64,000 nucleotides of DNA from a virus, in IMG/VR virus record IMGVR_UViG_3300047369_000529, positions 1 to 64,000 of that record; one strand, given 5' to 3'. Of this stretch, positions 38,573-47,348 are shown in pieces. The position numbers were made by a program, and so were the translations under genes. Numbering within the stretch: position 1 is the stretch's first letter; the number at the start of each line of letters is the position of its first letter. The notes under the pieces were generated by a model. The model searched no databases. It had not been told where the DNA came from and saw only the letters and a list, made by a program, of their open reading frames with translations.

Positions 38573-41200
38573 ATGAGCACTAAAAAAACATTTGAAAGCT
38601 TTGTAAATTCAATGAATGAAAACGTTGATTTATATAAAGTATATAAAAGAGTTTCTGGAAAATACTCTTTAAGAAAACCTTCTTATTGGGGAGATCTATT
38701 TAATCAAAGAGCTTCTATCCCGTTAAAAGAATTAAGTAAATATTCTTCTGAATTAGATTCATTAGAAGTCTATACTACTAAAGAATTAGGATGTCATCCA
38801 GATTATCCTATGCAATCAAATTTTAAGGTTCAAGTTCCTCAAGTATTCGTACTATATTGTAATACTGAAAGGGGCGAATTAGGAGAGTATTATGGAATGT
38901 CAATTCTTGTAAATACTGAAGGTGCAACATATCCAAGATATGCATGTGGTATGCCAGATTTCGAACCAGAACTTCATAACTTTGCAAATGGAATTCCTGA
39001 AAGCTATTTAAATATTGTAACAACAGGTGCTCAAATGTTACATGAAAAAATGATAGCTGAAGGTCAATTCTCATGGATGACACAAGATACTGGAGATCAG
39101 ATTGGTTCAGAACCTCAAAATAAAATAGACGTTTACATGTACGACAACCAGGGTAATTCTTGGAAAGAAAGAGACTATGAAGGCTATGGAGAATTTGGCG
39201 GTATGGATTACTATGACTTAGTTGCAACTATGAACGGATATACTGAAGAAGACGTTAAAACAATGAAAGGTTCATTTAAAGAATTAAGACAACTTGGTAT
39301 CGATTTAGCGTTTGGTAAAATAAAAACTAAAGATAAAAAGCGCAAAACTCTTTTTCCAGCTTTAGTCACAGATCCTAGGTATAATTGGAAAAGACATGAT
39401 TTTACTCAAGAAGCAGAATCAGATCCAAACCAATCATGGTATCAAGAGCCTGAGTATGACGATTATGAAGATGAATATGATGATTTCTACAATGAAAAAG
39501 AAATCAAGGGTAAAGCTGCCGGCAACTCTATAAAGATGGCACCAGCAGGTAGAACTATTGAAATCAATGGTATCACTTACACATGCCTTGGTAAAGGTAA
39601 GTGGGAAGGACCTGATGGCGAAAAAGTAAATTGGATTGAAGTTTCTGCTATGGCATCAGCATTAGGAAACAAGAAAGTTGTATATGAATATGATGGCTAT
39701 GAGTCAGTAGTTACTGAAGCTAAAGGAGATTTAAAAGTAGGAGATAAGGGTATAGATTATAATGATAATGTTGTAAAAATAATTGCTATTGGTAATTTTA
39801 AGAAAATTGCTAAAATGTTTAAGAAAGAAATGAAAGCAGACGCAGCTGATTGGGGCTACGAAGAAGGAGCTGGAGATTTCTATCTTGCTAAAAACATAGA
39901 AGCGACTGAAGGTAATGTTGGAGATTTAGCAATTTATCCAGTAAAATACGACATGGCTAACTACTGGGGTTTAGATAAACTAGATGAATCATCAGTTACT
40001 GAAAACTATGAAGTTATTTATAGCGACGGCGTAAGTGCTATGAAAAAGTTTAGAAGCGAGAAACAAGCACTAGACTTTATGAAGAAAACTATCTCTTCTA
40101 ATAAAAAACTAAGAGATATTGCAGTTTACAAACCAGGAATGTATTCAACTACTCAAACTGAACTAGTTGTTAAATTCTGGGGAGATGGTTCTTATTTAGA
40201 TAACGTTTCTAAAAAAGATAAAGATTTAGCTTCTAAAAAACTAGAAGAATCTACCTTAAATGAAGCTCGTTCTATTAACAAGATTTCAAAGGAGTTTGGA
40301 GAAACGGTTAATAAAATGAAAGATATAGTTAAAGTATATGTTGCTGCTGAAGAAGGAAGTGATGAAAAATCAAAATTAAGACAACAATTAATTGATTTAA
40401 CAGCAAAGAAAAAGTCTTTAACTAAAGAATTAGACGACGCCGTAGCTGGAAAAAACAAAGATGTAAAATTAGTTATAACAGAAGGTGTAATGTCAAATAT
40501 TCATTTGATGGCATCCGATTCTAAAAACTGGGATGATTTCTTAAAAAAGTTTAAGAAAGATTATAAGAAAGTATTTCAAAATACACCTGACTTTATGGAT
40601 TGGTTATATGGCATGTATAAGGATATGGCTCCTTTAAAAGCAGGCGAAAAAGTAGAAGAAAAATATAACAAGAAAAAGTTATTAAAAGCAATTAAGAATA
40701 AAGACGACATGTTTATTCAGTTAGGAGATGGTACTGAACTAATAGTTTATAACCCGGATTCTAATAATGACGACAATGCAGAAATGTGGCACGATGATGT
40801 GGTATTTGCGATCGATCAAGACGGAGAAGAACATGAGGTTAAATACTCAGATATTGCAGGTATTGGTGAATCTGTAGTTTCTGAATCTAAAATTCAAATA
40901 AAAAGAAAGTATACAGACAAGCATCCAGCAAAAACAGCTGGAAGATCTGCAAGGGTTAGAAACGCAATGATAGAAGCTCTTTCGGATGGAATATTAACAG
41001 AAGAAGAATTCAATAATATTTTAAAAGAAAAATCTATTGACAGTAAAAGATGGATGAGAAGAAATTCTAGATTTTTTATGGTAAGTGAAGAAGGAATCAA
41101 GCTTTCTAAATATGGAAAAAGAATTTTTAAAGAAATTACGAATAAGCAAGTAGTTAACTTAACTCTAGAATCTTTTATAAAGGATATATACAATAAATAA
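38573..41200 (+). CDS. putative capsid-internal modular polyprotein
   Basis: KTFESFVNSMNE start; linkers IAE, ESVVTE, ESSVTE, ESTLNE, VITE, ESVVSE. Confidence 0.6.
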   Translation: MSTKKTFESFVNSMNENVDLYKVYKRVSGKYSLRKPSYWGDLFNQRASIPLKELSKYSSELDSLEVYTTKELGCHPDYPMQSNFKVQVPQVFVLYCNTERGELGEYYGMSILVNTEGATYPRYACGMPDFEPELHNFANGIPESYLNIVTTGAQMLHEKMIAEGQFSWMTQDTGDQIGSEPQNKIDVYMYDNQGNSWKERDYEGYGEFGGMDYYDLVATMNGYTEEDVKTMKGSFKELRQLGIDLAFGKIKTKDKKRKTLFPALVTDPRYNWKRHDFTQEAESDPNQSWYQEPEYDDYEDEYDDFYNEKEIKGKAAGNSIKMAPAGRTIEINGITYTCLGKGKWEGPDGEKVNWIEVSAMASALGNKKVVYEYDGYESVVTEAKGDLKVGDKGIDYNDNVVKIIAIGNFKKIAKMFKKEMKADAADWGYEEGAGDFYLAKNIEATEGNVGDLAIYPVKYDMANYWGLDKLDESSVTENYEVIYSDGVSAMKKFRSEKQALDFMKKTISSNKKLRDIAVYKPGMYSTTQTELVVKFWGDGSYLDNVSKKDKDLASKKLEESTLNEARSINKISKEFGETVNKMKDIVKVYVAAEEGSDEKSKLRQQLIDLTAKKKSLTKELDDAVAGKNKDVKLVITEGVMSNIHLMASDSKNWDDFLKKFKKDYKKVFQNTPDFMDWLYGMYKDMAPLKAGEKVEEKYNKKKLLKAIKNKDDMFIQLGDGTELIVYNPDSNNDDNAEMWHDDVVFAIDQDGEEHEVKYSDIAGIGESVVSESKIQIKRKYTDKHPAKTAGRSARVRNAMIEALSDGILTEEEFNNILKEKSIDSKRWMRRNSRFFMVSEEGIKLSKYGKRIFKEITNKQVVNLTLESFIKDIYNK
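41182..41190 (+). promoter_or_regulatory. putative late promoter GGATATATA
   Basis: 22 bp before 41213. Confidence 0.5.
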
Positions 41201-41212
41201 AAACTATAGAAA

Positions 41213-43042
41213 ATGAAACTATATACTAACTTCGATAATTTTATCAATGAAGCAAAGGTTATGAAGCAGAAAGATACTGCTAAAATAGCACAAAAATTAG
41301 CATCGGCTCTTTCAAAGGCAGATGGCAAAGAATTTACAATTTCTAAAGATTCATTAGATGCTGGAGGATGGGATCTAGATATGGATGGAGAAGAATTCGC
41401 AGGTGGAACTTATTTTATTGGAGATGCTGGAGAAATAGTAAACGCAGCAACAAGTAATGACGTATATGGTCACATGGACGACAGTGAAGCTGAATTAGTT
41501 AAAAAGATTAAAAAGGGTAAATTTGCAAAATACAGAGCAACTGAATCAGTAGTTAACGAAGCATCTCTTTCGGGTGTAGAATTTGGAAACGATGACGACA
41601 TTCACCCAACTAAATTTAAACCTTTAACTACATCTTTAAAGAAGAATAAAGTTAAAATGGAAGTTGAAAAAGAAGAAGGTTACCATGGCTACCCAGAAGT
41701 TAAATTAACGGGTAAAAGAAAGGACATCGAAAAGGTTTTAGCTGATGTATGGGGACCAGACTCAATCTCTGACTATGAAGATTATTTTGAATCCAAAGTT
41801 AATGAAGCTAGATTTAAAAAAGGACAATACATTAAAGCCACTGCCGATAGCGATGATTTTGATGGAGATGTTTACGATGTAACTAACGACGTAGATGGTA
41901 GTACGATTTACAAAGATTCATCATTCGAAATTTATGGAATTAATAGAAATGAAGTTATTCTTTGGAGTGACGAGGATGAAGTAGAATACTCAATAGATCC
42001 GGATGATCTTAAACATTTTGTTAAAGAATCATTAGATATTGAACTTAATGAAGCTCTTAAGTCTTCTAAACTAAGAAACTTAATAGACATAAGACAGGGT
42101 GGTAAGCAACTAATGCAGGGTATATATGGTCTTGCTAAAGTAGCATTAGATAAAGTAACCGACGACATGGTTATCACTAATTCAAATCCAGTTGAAGTTT
42201 ATAAGAAAGCAAAAACATACGGAAATGTATTAGTATTTTGGATTTCTAGAAACGAAAAGGAAAATCCTTACACACCTAGAAATAGTTATGGTGGAAAAGA
42301 TATTATTCCAGGAAATACCTTATTAGCAGTCTCAAATGGTAAAAACGAAATGTTTGACAATCATGCTGCATATACTAGAGAGTATGTGGATGGAAAACAA
42401 AGAAGTAAAACTACAAGATCTTTAAAGAATAGAGGAAGATACCCTGGTTCTAAAGACACTGTTGGGGTAGATAAATCTCATAGTACATGGAGTGGAACAG
42501 GCTTAGGAAATATTAAAAGAATCGCAGAGGTTTCAGACGAATGTTACATTATTAATTTAGACGCTGTTAGAGATAGACTTTCTACAAGTAATAAAGTATC
42601 GCAAAGATTTTCTCAAAAAGCCGATGCTACCGCTTTTGATAATCCAAAAGATATTAAACAAGCAAACATCACTAAATATCAATCAATTTTAGCACAAAGA
42701 GCAGATAATCCAGATAAAATAGACAAACAAGTTAAAGAAATTATTGAAGATGCTCATCAATTCTTAATGGCCGGTTTAGCTAAAAAAGAAATGGGAGACT
42801 ATAATGAATTATCAATAGGAAAAGATCCTAAAGGAAGAGATATTAAACCTAGAGATTTAACCAATTATATTTCAAATATATTGTCAGATTATCAAGGATA
42901 TGTTTCGGCATACGTTAATGCAAAAACTGAAGAAGAAAAATATGGAACTTCAAGCGATTGGTATAAAAGAGATGCTAAACGTAAAGCTCTAGAGCTTAAG
43001 CAGCGAATGGCTAAATGGGATAACAAGAACATAGTTTGGTAA
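41213..43042 (+). CDS. putative capsid-internal modular polyprotein
   Basis: MKLYTNFDNFINEA start; linkers ESVVNE, ESKVNE, ELNE. Confidence 0.6.
   Translation: MKLYTNFDNFINEAKVMKQKDTAKIAQKLASALSKADGKEFTISKDSLDAGGWDLDMDGEEFAGGTYFIGDAGEIVNAATSNDVYGHMDDSEAELVKKIKKGKFAKYRATESVVNEASLSGVEFGNDDDIHPTKFKPLTTSLKKNKVKMEVEKEEGYHGYPEVKLTGKRKDIEKVLADVWGPDSISDYEDYFESKVNEARFKKGQYIKATADSDDFDGDVYDVTNDVDGSTIYKDSSFEIYGINRNEVILWSDEDEVEYSIDPDDLKHFVKESLDIELNEALKSSKLRNLIDIRQGGKQLMQGIYGLAKVALDKVTDDMVITNSNPVEVYKKAKTYGNVLVFWISRNEKENPYTPRNSYGGKDIIPGNTLLAVSNGKNEMFDNHAAYTREYVDGKQRSKTTRSLKNRGRYPGSKDTVGVDKSHSTWSGTGLGNIKRIAEVSDECYIINLDAVRDRLSTSNKVSQRFSQKADATAFDNPKDIKQANITKYQSILAQRADNPDKIDKQVKEIIEDAHQFLMAGLAKKEMGDYNELSIGKDPKGRDIKPRDLTNYISNILSDYQGYVSAYVNAKTEEEKYGTSSDWYKRDAKRKALELKQRMAKWDNKNIVW
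41542..41562 (+). repeat. 21-bp exact direct repeat copy 1 (linker ESVVNEA)
   Basis: TGAATCAGTAGTTAACGAAGC, identical to 45340-45360. Confidence 0.85.
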
Positions 43043-43059
43043 AATAAGACTTAAAAATT

Positions 43060-43782
43060 ATGAATAATAAAATAGAAGAAAAATTTAAGTGGGAAACTAC
43101 TGGCGACAAGGATGATAGAGAGTTCTTAACAGGTTTAGTTCAAAGAACTAAATTAATTTACGGAGATATTAAACCTGCTAAATACGATCTTAACGACTTT
43201 GATAAAGACTTAGATAAATTATTAAAGAAATTTGTAAAAGATTCTGATTCTTTTTTTAAGGCAAAGGACGATAGAGACTATGGAGCTAGTAATAAAATAC
43301 ATGCAGATTGGATGAAAGCTGCTCAAAAAGCATTTAAACATGTTACTACAAATACTGCATGGAGAGGTCAATTAAATACATTCACTAGAAATTTATCAAC
43401 TATTTGGCAAGTTCACATGGAAGCAGAGGCTGGAAGAACAGGAAACAGAGGCTATAAAGTTCATAAGAGACAAGCCTTTCAAAAACAGTTTGAACAAGTA
43501 AAATTGTATGAACAGTTTATTAACGAAAGATTTAACGCTAGAAAAGTAAAGAAAGAACTAGAAGGTTTTGGCTTTAAGAACGTTGATGCTAGTGGAAACG
43601 AAATTTCAGTTGAAACGGGCTCTTATGAAAATCCATTTGGTTCAGAACAGAGTTACACTTTCTTTTGGAATGGTGAAACAGTCTGGTGTGAATCAGAAGA
43701 AGCTGAAACAGAATGGATGGGAGAAGTAACTACTGCAGAACAATTTGCAGAAACTATGGAAACAGCAGAAGGCTGGTCATAA
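43060..43782 (+). CDS. putative capsid-internal protein (two modules)
   Basis: Internal QVKLYEQFINE identical to the N-terminus of the next ORF. Confidence 0.55.
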   Translation: MNNKIEEKFKWETTGDKDDREFLTGLVQRTKLIYGDIKPAKYDLNDFDKDLDKLLKKFVKDSDSFFKAKDDRDYGASNKIHADWMKAAQKAFKHVTTNTAWRGQLNTFTRNLSTIWQVHMEAEAGRTGNRGYKVHKRQAFQKQFEQVKLYEQFINERFNARKVKKELEGFGFKNVDASGNEISVETGSYENPFGSEQSYTFFWNGETVWCESEEAETEWMGEVTTAEQFAETMETAEGWS

Positions 43783-43798
43783 TTAAAAAACAAGAACT

Positions 43799-44116
43799 AT
43801 GAAACAAGTAAAACTATATGAGCAATTTATAAATGAATCAGCAATTGATACTTTAGCTACTGAAATTGATGATGCTAAAGTTTATGATGCTGTTTCGGAT
43901 GGAGGTTCTGTTGACGCAAGATCTACTAAAAAAACATGGGACGATGGTGTTCCAGTTTTAAAGTATATTGCTAGAGCTCCAAAAAAATCTGTTAAATTAC
44001 CTAAGAAATTTAAAGTAGTAGACGACACTAAATATGGATGGTGGTATTTACAAGTATCAGGAGTATGGTATGGAATCGAACAAGATGATTATGGAACTCC
44101 ACCATTTGAATATTAA
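43799..44116 (+). CDS. small internal head protein-like (T4 IP-style CTS)
   Basis: MKQVKLYEQFINE resembles the T4 IP capsid-targeting sequence MKTYQEFIAE. Confidence 0.6.
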   Translation: MKQVKLYEQFINESAIDTLATEIDDAKVYDAVSDGGSVDARSTKKTWDDGVPVLKYIARAPKKSVKLPKKFKVVDDTKYGWWYLQVSGVWYGIEQDDYGTPPFEY

Positions 44117-44119
44117 GAT

Positions 44120-46126
44120 ATGGAATTAAACGAAAACGAAAACTTATCACTTGGCGATATGGCCGGAATGGGAGAAGTCTCTTTACCATCTGAAACATCA
44201 GTTGGATCAGGGGATATTCCAGCCGGAAAAGGAGATGCCGAAGAAGAGTATAAGAAGAAGAGAAATAAAAAGAAACAACGCGAAATGAAAAACATTATAT
44301 CATTTGAATCTTTCGGATCACTTGATGAAGGTAAAACAATATCTTCTTCTAAAATATCTATGATGGGTGCAAGAGTTCTTAATAAAATTAGCATCGGTAC
44401 CATATTTGATACAGAAGATGGAAACTATGAAATTACGGATTATGGCCGACAGGCAAATGCATTTAAAGAATTTGAAGCAGAACATAATGGTAAAAAAGTA
44501 AAGGTAAAATTAACTGCAATGTATGGTGTTAAGTTAGAAGTAACTGACGATGTACGCAGCGCTAGATTTAATAAAGAAGTAAAGCTAAATTCTATTATTT
44601 TAGAATCGGTTAATGAAGGTAAGTTTGACGGTATTGCAGATTTAGTAAAATCTTTACATTTCGAAATGGATCCTAAAACCGCAGAAGAAAAGAAAATCGA
44701 ACTAGGTAAAAGACAAGGTGAAGTTTCAAGAAGAAAGCAAATTGAAGGTGGTGAATATTCACTAAGAAGATTTAGAAAAGAGATTAAATACGATGAGACC
44801 GGAGAAGATCTTGGTGTATTTAAACCCGGTAGCTATATGGCTGCTACTTCTATATTAGGCGATGGTCCACATAAGAAAGCCGTTAAGAAAGTAAGATGGA
44901 ATAGAAAGAAATACGATCAATGGATTGAAGATATGGCAGCTAACGATGGTTGGAAGAATGCATTCGATATGGCACAAAATGCTAAACACGAACCAGGTCT
45001 ATTACAATGGGCTAAGAAAGAATTTAGAGGTGAAGACGTAATGCAAAGAATTCAATGGGATATTGAAGGTTACGCAGAATCAGTAGTTACTGAATCTATT
45101 AGTAAATCTACTAAAATACATTGTATCGCAACACCAGCTCCTAAGTCAATGCTTAAGGATGAGTTAGAAGAATTATTCGGAGATGATTATAGAAATATAG
45201 TTACAGAAGTTCAAGACGATGAAGGTTATGAATCAGTGTTAGTATTTAATCTTACTAAAAGAGACATTAAATTAATAGAAGATAATATTGGAGATGTATT
45301 AATCTGGGAATATTCAATTAAACCAGGTAAATTAATTAATGAATCAGTAGTTAACGAAGCTGAAAAGTATATCACTGATAAATTTAAAGTAGGTGATAAA
45401 ATTAAAACTAATTTTGGTGAATGGGAAGTAATTGAAACTGATTATGCACCTAAAAAGAGTTTTATAGCACCTTTTATATTTAAAGGAAAGAATATAGAAA
45501 GAGTAAACATACCTAATCCACCTAAAACTAACAAGAATGCGGTAGGTTACAAAGTAACAGACGGTGCTAAATATCCAACTATTGGTTTCTTATATCAATA
45601 TAAAGATATTACTAAACTTGCAACAGTTGGCGTTGATGAATCAATAGTTACTGAAGCTGAAAGTGTAAAGGTAGGAGAATATATTAAAACTCAATACGGT
45701 TATTTCTATAAAAGAGTCGACGGTAAAGTTGGAGGACAAGAAGCTTTCGTTGAAATAAAGAAAGGAAAAGAAGGAAAGAGAAAAACAAGTATTCATGATA
45801 CAGTTAGCTTTGAAATAGTTGATAAAGATGCTGCATTCGAATCATTGGTTACCGAAAAGAAACACGATAGAGAAGATACTATAAAATTCATAAAGAAATA
45901 CATGAGATTCGTAAAAACCACTGAAGAATTTAATGGTTCTCAGGGTGGTATATGGGTTTCAGGTGAAGATGGAGATGAATATAAAGGAGTAACAATCTAT
46001 GATTACTATACGTCTGGTAAATCATATGAATTAGGTGTAAATATAAAGTGGGAAAAAGAGTTAAATGAAAGAGGATGGTACAGCGAATGGTATGATGCAG
46101 GAACTGTAATGATCTGGGAAATATAA
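44120..46126 (+). CDS. putative capsid-internal modular polyprotein
   Basis: Internal MKNIISFESF (ATG 44285); linkers ESVNE, ESVVTE, ESVVNE, ESIVTE, ESLVTE. Confidence 0.6.
   Translation: MELNENENLSLGDMAGMGEVSLPSETSVGSGDIPAGKGDAEEEYKKKRNKKKQREMKNIISFESFGSLDEGKTISSSKISMMGARVLNKISIGTIFDTEDGNYEITDYGRQANAFKEFEAEHNGKKVKVKLTAMYGVKLEVTDDVRSARFNKEVKLNSIILESVNEGKFDGIADLVKSLHFEMDPKTAEEKKIELGKRQGEVSRRKQIEGGEYSLRRFRKEIKYDETGEDLGVFKPGSYMAATSILGDGPHKKAVKKVRWNRKKYDQWIEDMAANDGWKNAFDMAQNAKHEPGLLQWAKKEFRGEDVMQRIQWDIEGYAESVVTESISKSTKIHCIATPAPKSMLKDELEELFGDDYRNIVTEVQDDEGYESVLVFNLTKRDIKLIEDNIGDVLIWEYSIKPGKLINESVVNEAEKYITDKFKVGDKIKTNFGEWEVIETDYAPKKSFIAPFIFKGKNIERVNIPNPPKTNKNAVGYKVTDGAKYPTIGFLYQYKDITKLATVGVDESIVTEAESVKVGEYIKTQYGYFYKRVDGKVGGQEAFVEIKKGKEGKRKTSIHDTVSFEIVDKDAAFESLVTEKKHDREDTIKFIKKYMRFVKTTEEFNGSQGGIWVSGEDGDEYKGVTIYDYYTSGKSYELGVNIKWEKELNERGWYSEWYDAGTVMIWEI
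45340..45360 (+). repeat. 21-bp exact direct repeat copy 2 (linker ESVVNEA)
   Basis: TGAATCAGTAGTTAACGAAGC, identical to 41542-41562. Confidence 0.85.
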
Positions 46127-46143
46127 CTCTACTCATTAGTTTT

Positions 46144-46170
46144 AAACAATTTTAGAATGCTTTGTATAAC
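46144..46170 (+). promoter_or_regulatory. putative pre-replicative promoter AAAC-N16-GTATAAC
   Basis: Upstream of mgsA. Confidence 0.6.
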
Positions 46171-46187
46171 TACAAAGCATTTTTTAT
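46156..46187 (+). terminator. intrinsic terminator-like hairpin closing the internal-protein cluster
   Basis: AATGCTTTGTA-TAAC-TACAAAGCATT perfect 11-bp inverted repeat followed by T run. Confidence 0.7.
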
Positions 46188-46196
46188 TTATATAGT

Positions 46197-46589
46197 ATGG
46201 ACAAGATGAGATTCGCATTAATTGCGCATGATAACAAAAAAGCAGACATGGTAGCTTTTGTTTCTAAAAGACTTGATTTTTTTAATAATGAAGCTGTTGA
46301 TATTATTACCACAGGAACTACGGGTAAGAAGGTAAAGCACGCCGGAATCAATAGAGTTACCACTGTTCAAAGTGGGCCTTTAGGAGGAGATGCCGAAATA
46401 GCTGCCATGGTGGTGAGAGGTGAGGTTACTGGCGTGATATTCATGAGAGATCCCCTGGATAAACATCCACATGATGTAGATATTTCAATGTTAATGAGGT
46501 TATGTGACGTCCACGATGTCCCCTTGGCTACTAATTATAAAACGGCTAGCATCTTAATTAAATGGTATCGTTCTAAATATAAAATATAA
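46197..46589 (+). CDS. mgsA: methylglyoxal synthase
   Basis: ALIAHD, TGTTG, SGPLGGD, DPL..HPHDVD, LMRLCDVHDVPLATN: all MgsA signature motifs. Confidence 0.95.
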   Translation: MDKMRFALIAHDNKKADMVAFVSKRLDFFNNEAVDIITTGTTGKKVKHAGINRVTTVQSGPLGGDAEIAAMVVRGEVTGVIFMRDPLDKHPHDVDISMLMRLCDVHDVPLATNYKTASILIKWYRSKYKI

Positions 46590-46614
46590 ACAATTTTTAA
46601 TTTAGCAGTATAAT
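46588..46614 (+). promoter_or_regulatory. putative pre-replicative promoter AAAC-N16-GTATAAT
   Basis: Upstream of 46622. Confidence 0.6.
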
Positions 46615-46621
46615 AAACAAT

Positions 46622-46867
46622 ATGGATAACATTATCTTCAGGCCCGGAAATTATAAAACATGGTCAATTAAAGCGATAGAGAAAATCGAAGCTGTCATTG
46701 ATTCGTGTGTCACCTTCGATCATCTAGATTCTGCTAAAAAATTAGTTGATCAGTTTTCTATTATTACAGCACTTGAGCAAGATGATGAAAAATCTATTGA
46801 AATAATTATTCACCAATTGTGGCTTAGAATTAAGTTACAAGAAAATAAAATAAATGGATCAAAATAA
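46622..46867 (+). CDS. hypothetical protein
   Basis: 81 aa, downstream of an AAAC-N16-GTATAAT motif. Confidence 0.55.
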   Translation: MDNIIFRPGNYKTWSIKAIEKIEAVIDSCVTFDHLDSAKKLVDQFSIITALEQDDEKSIEIIIHQLWLRIKLQENKINGSK

Positions 46868-47348
46868 AGGTAAAATAGGATTTACAGCAGGGAACTTCGA
46901 TCTTCTCCATCCTGGGTATATTTACACATTTGAAACAGCAAAAGAACACTGTGATTACTTTATGGTATTTCTACAAAGAGATCCATCTGAAACTAGATAT
47001 ACTAAATATAAACCAGTAATTCCTCTTTATGAAAGATATAAAACTTTAATGGCGATTAAATACGTAGACGAGGTGGTTACGTATCAAACAGAAGAAGACC
47101 TTTTAAACTTAATCGAGTTTTATAAACCAGACGTAAGAATTTTAGGAGACGATTATATTGGTAAAAGATTCACTGGAGATCATATGCCAATCGAGGTTAT
47201 TTATACAACTAGGTCTCATAATTGGTCAACAACCAGAATTAAAGATTTAATAACTAAGCAAACCATCTTACAGAATCCTTCTATTATAGAAGAAAACGTA
47301 AAGTCATTAACAGCTGACGAAGCGGCTAAAATAATTAATAACAAATGA
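46854..47348 (+). CDS. glycerol-3-phosphate cytidylyltransferase (TagD)-like nucleotidyltransferase
   Basis: AGNFDLLHPGY (HxGH variant HPGY), ER...L....VDEV, LGDDY, R.H.WSTT. Confidence 0.8.
   Translation: MDQNKGKIGFTAGNFDLLHPGYIYTFETAKEHCDYFMVFLQRDPSETRYTKYKPVIPLYERYKTLMAIKYVDEVVTYQTEEDLLNLIEFYKPDVRILGDDYIGKRFTGDHMPIEVIYTTRSHNWSTTRIKDLITKQTILQNPSIIEENVKSLTADEAAKIINNK

Noticed and set aside
33738-45856. Dispersed 18-21 bp repeats as a CRISPR array or attC-like sites
   Set aside because: Spacing is irregular (200 bp to several kb), repeats are in frame inside ORFs and non-palindromic, and no cas or integrase gene is present.
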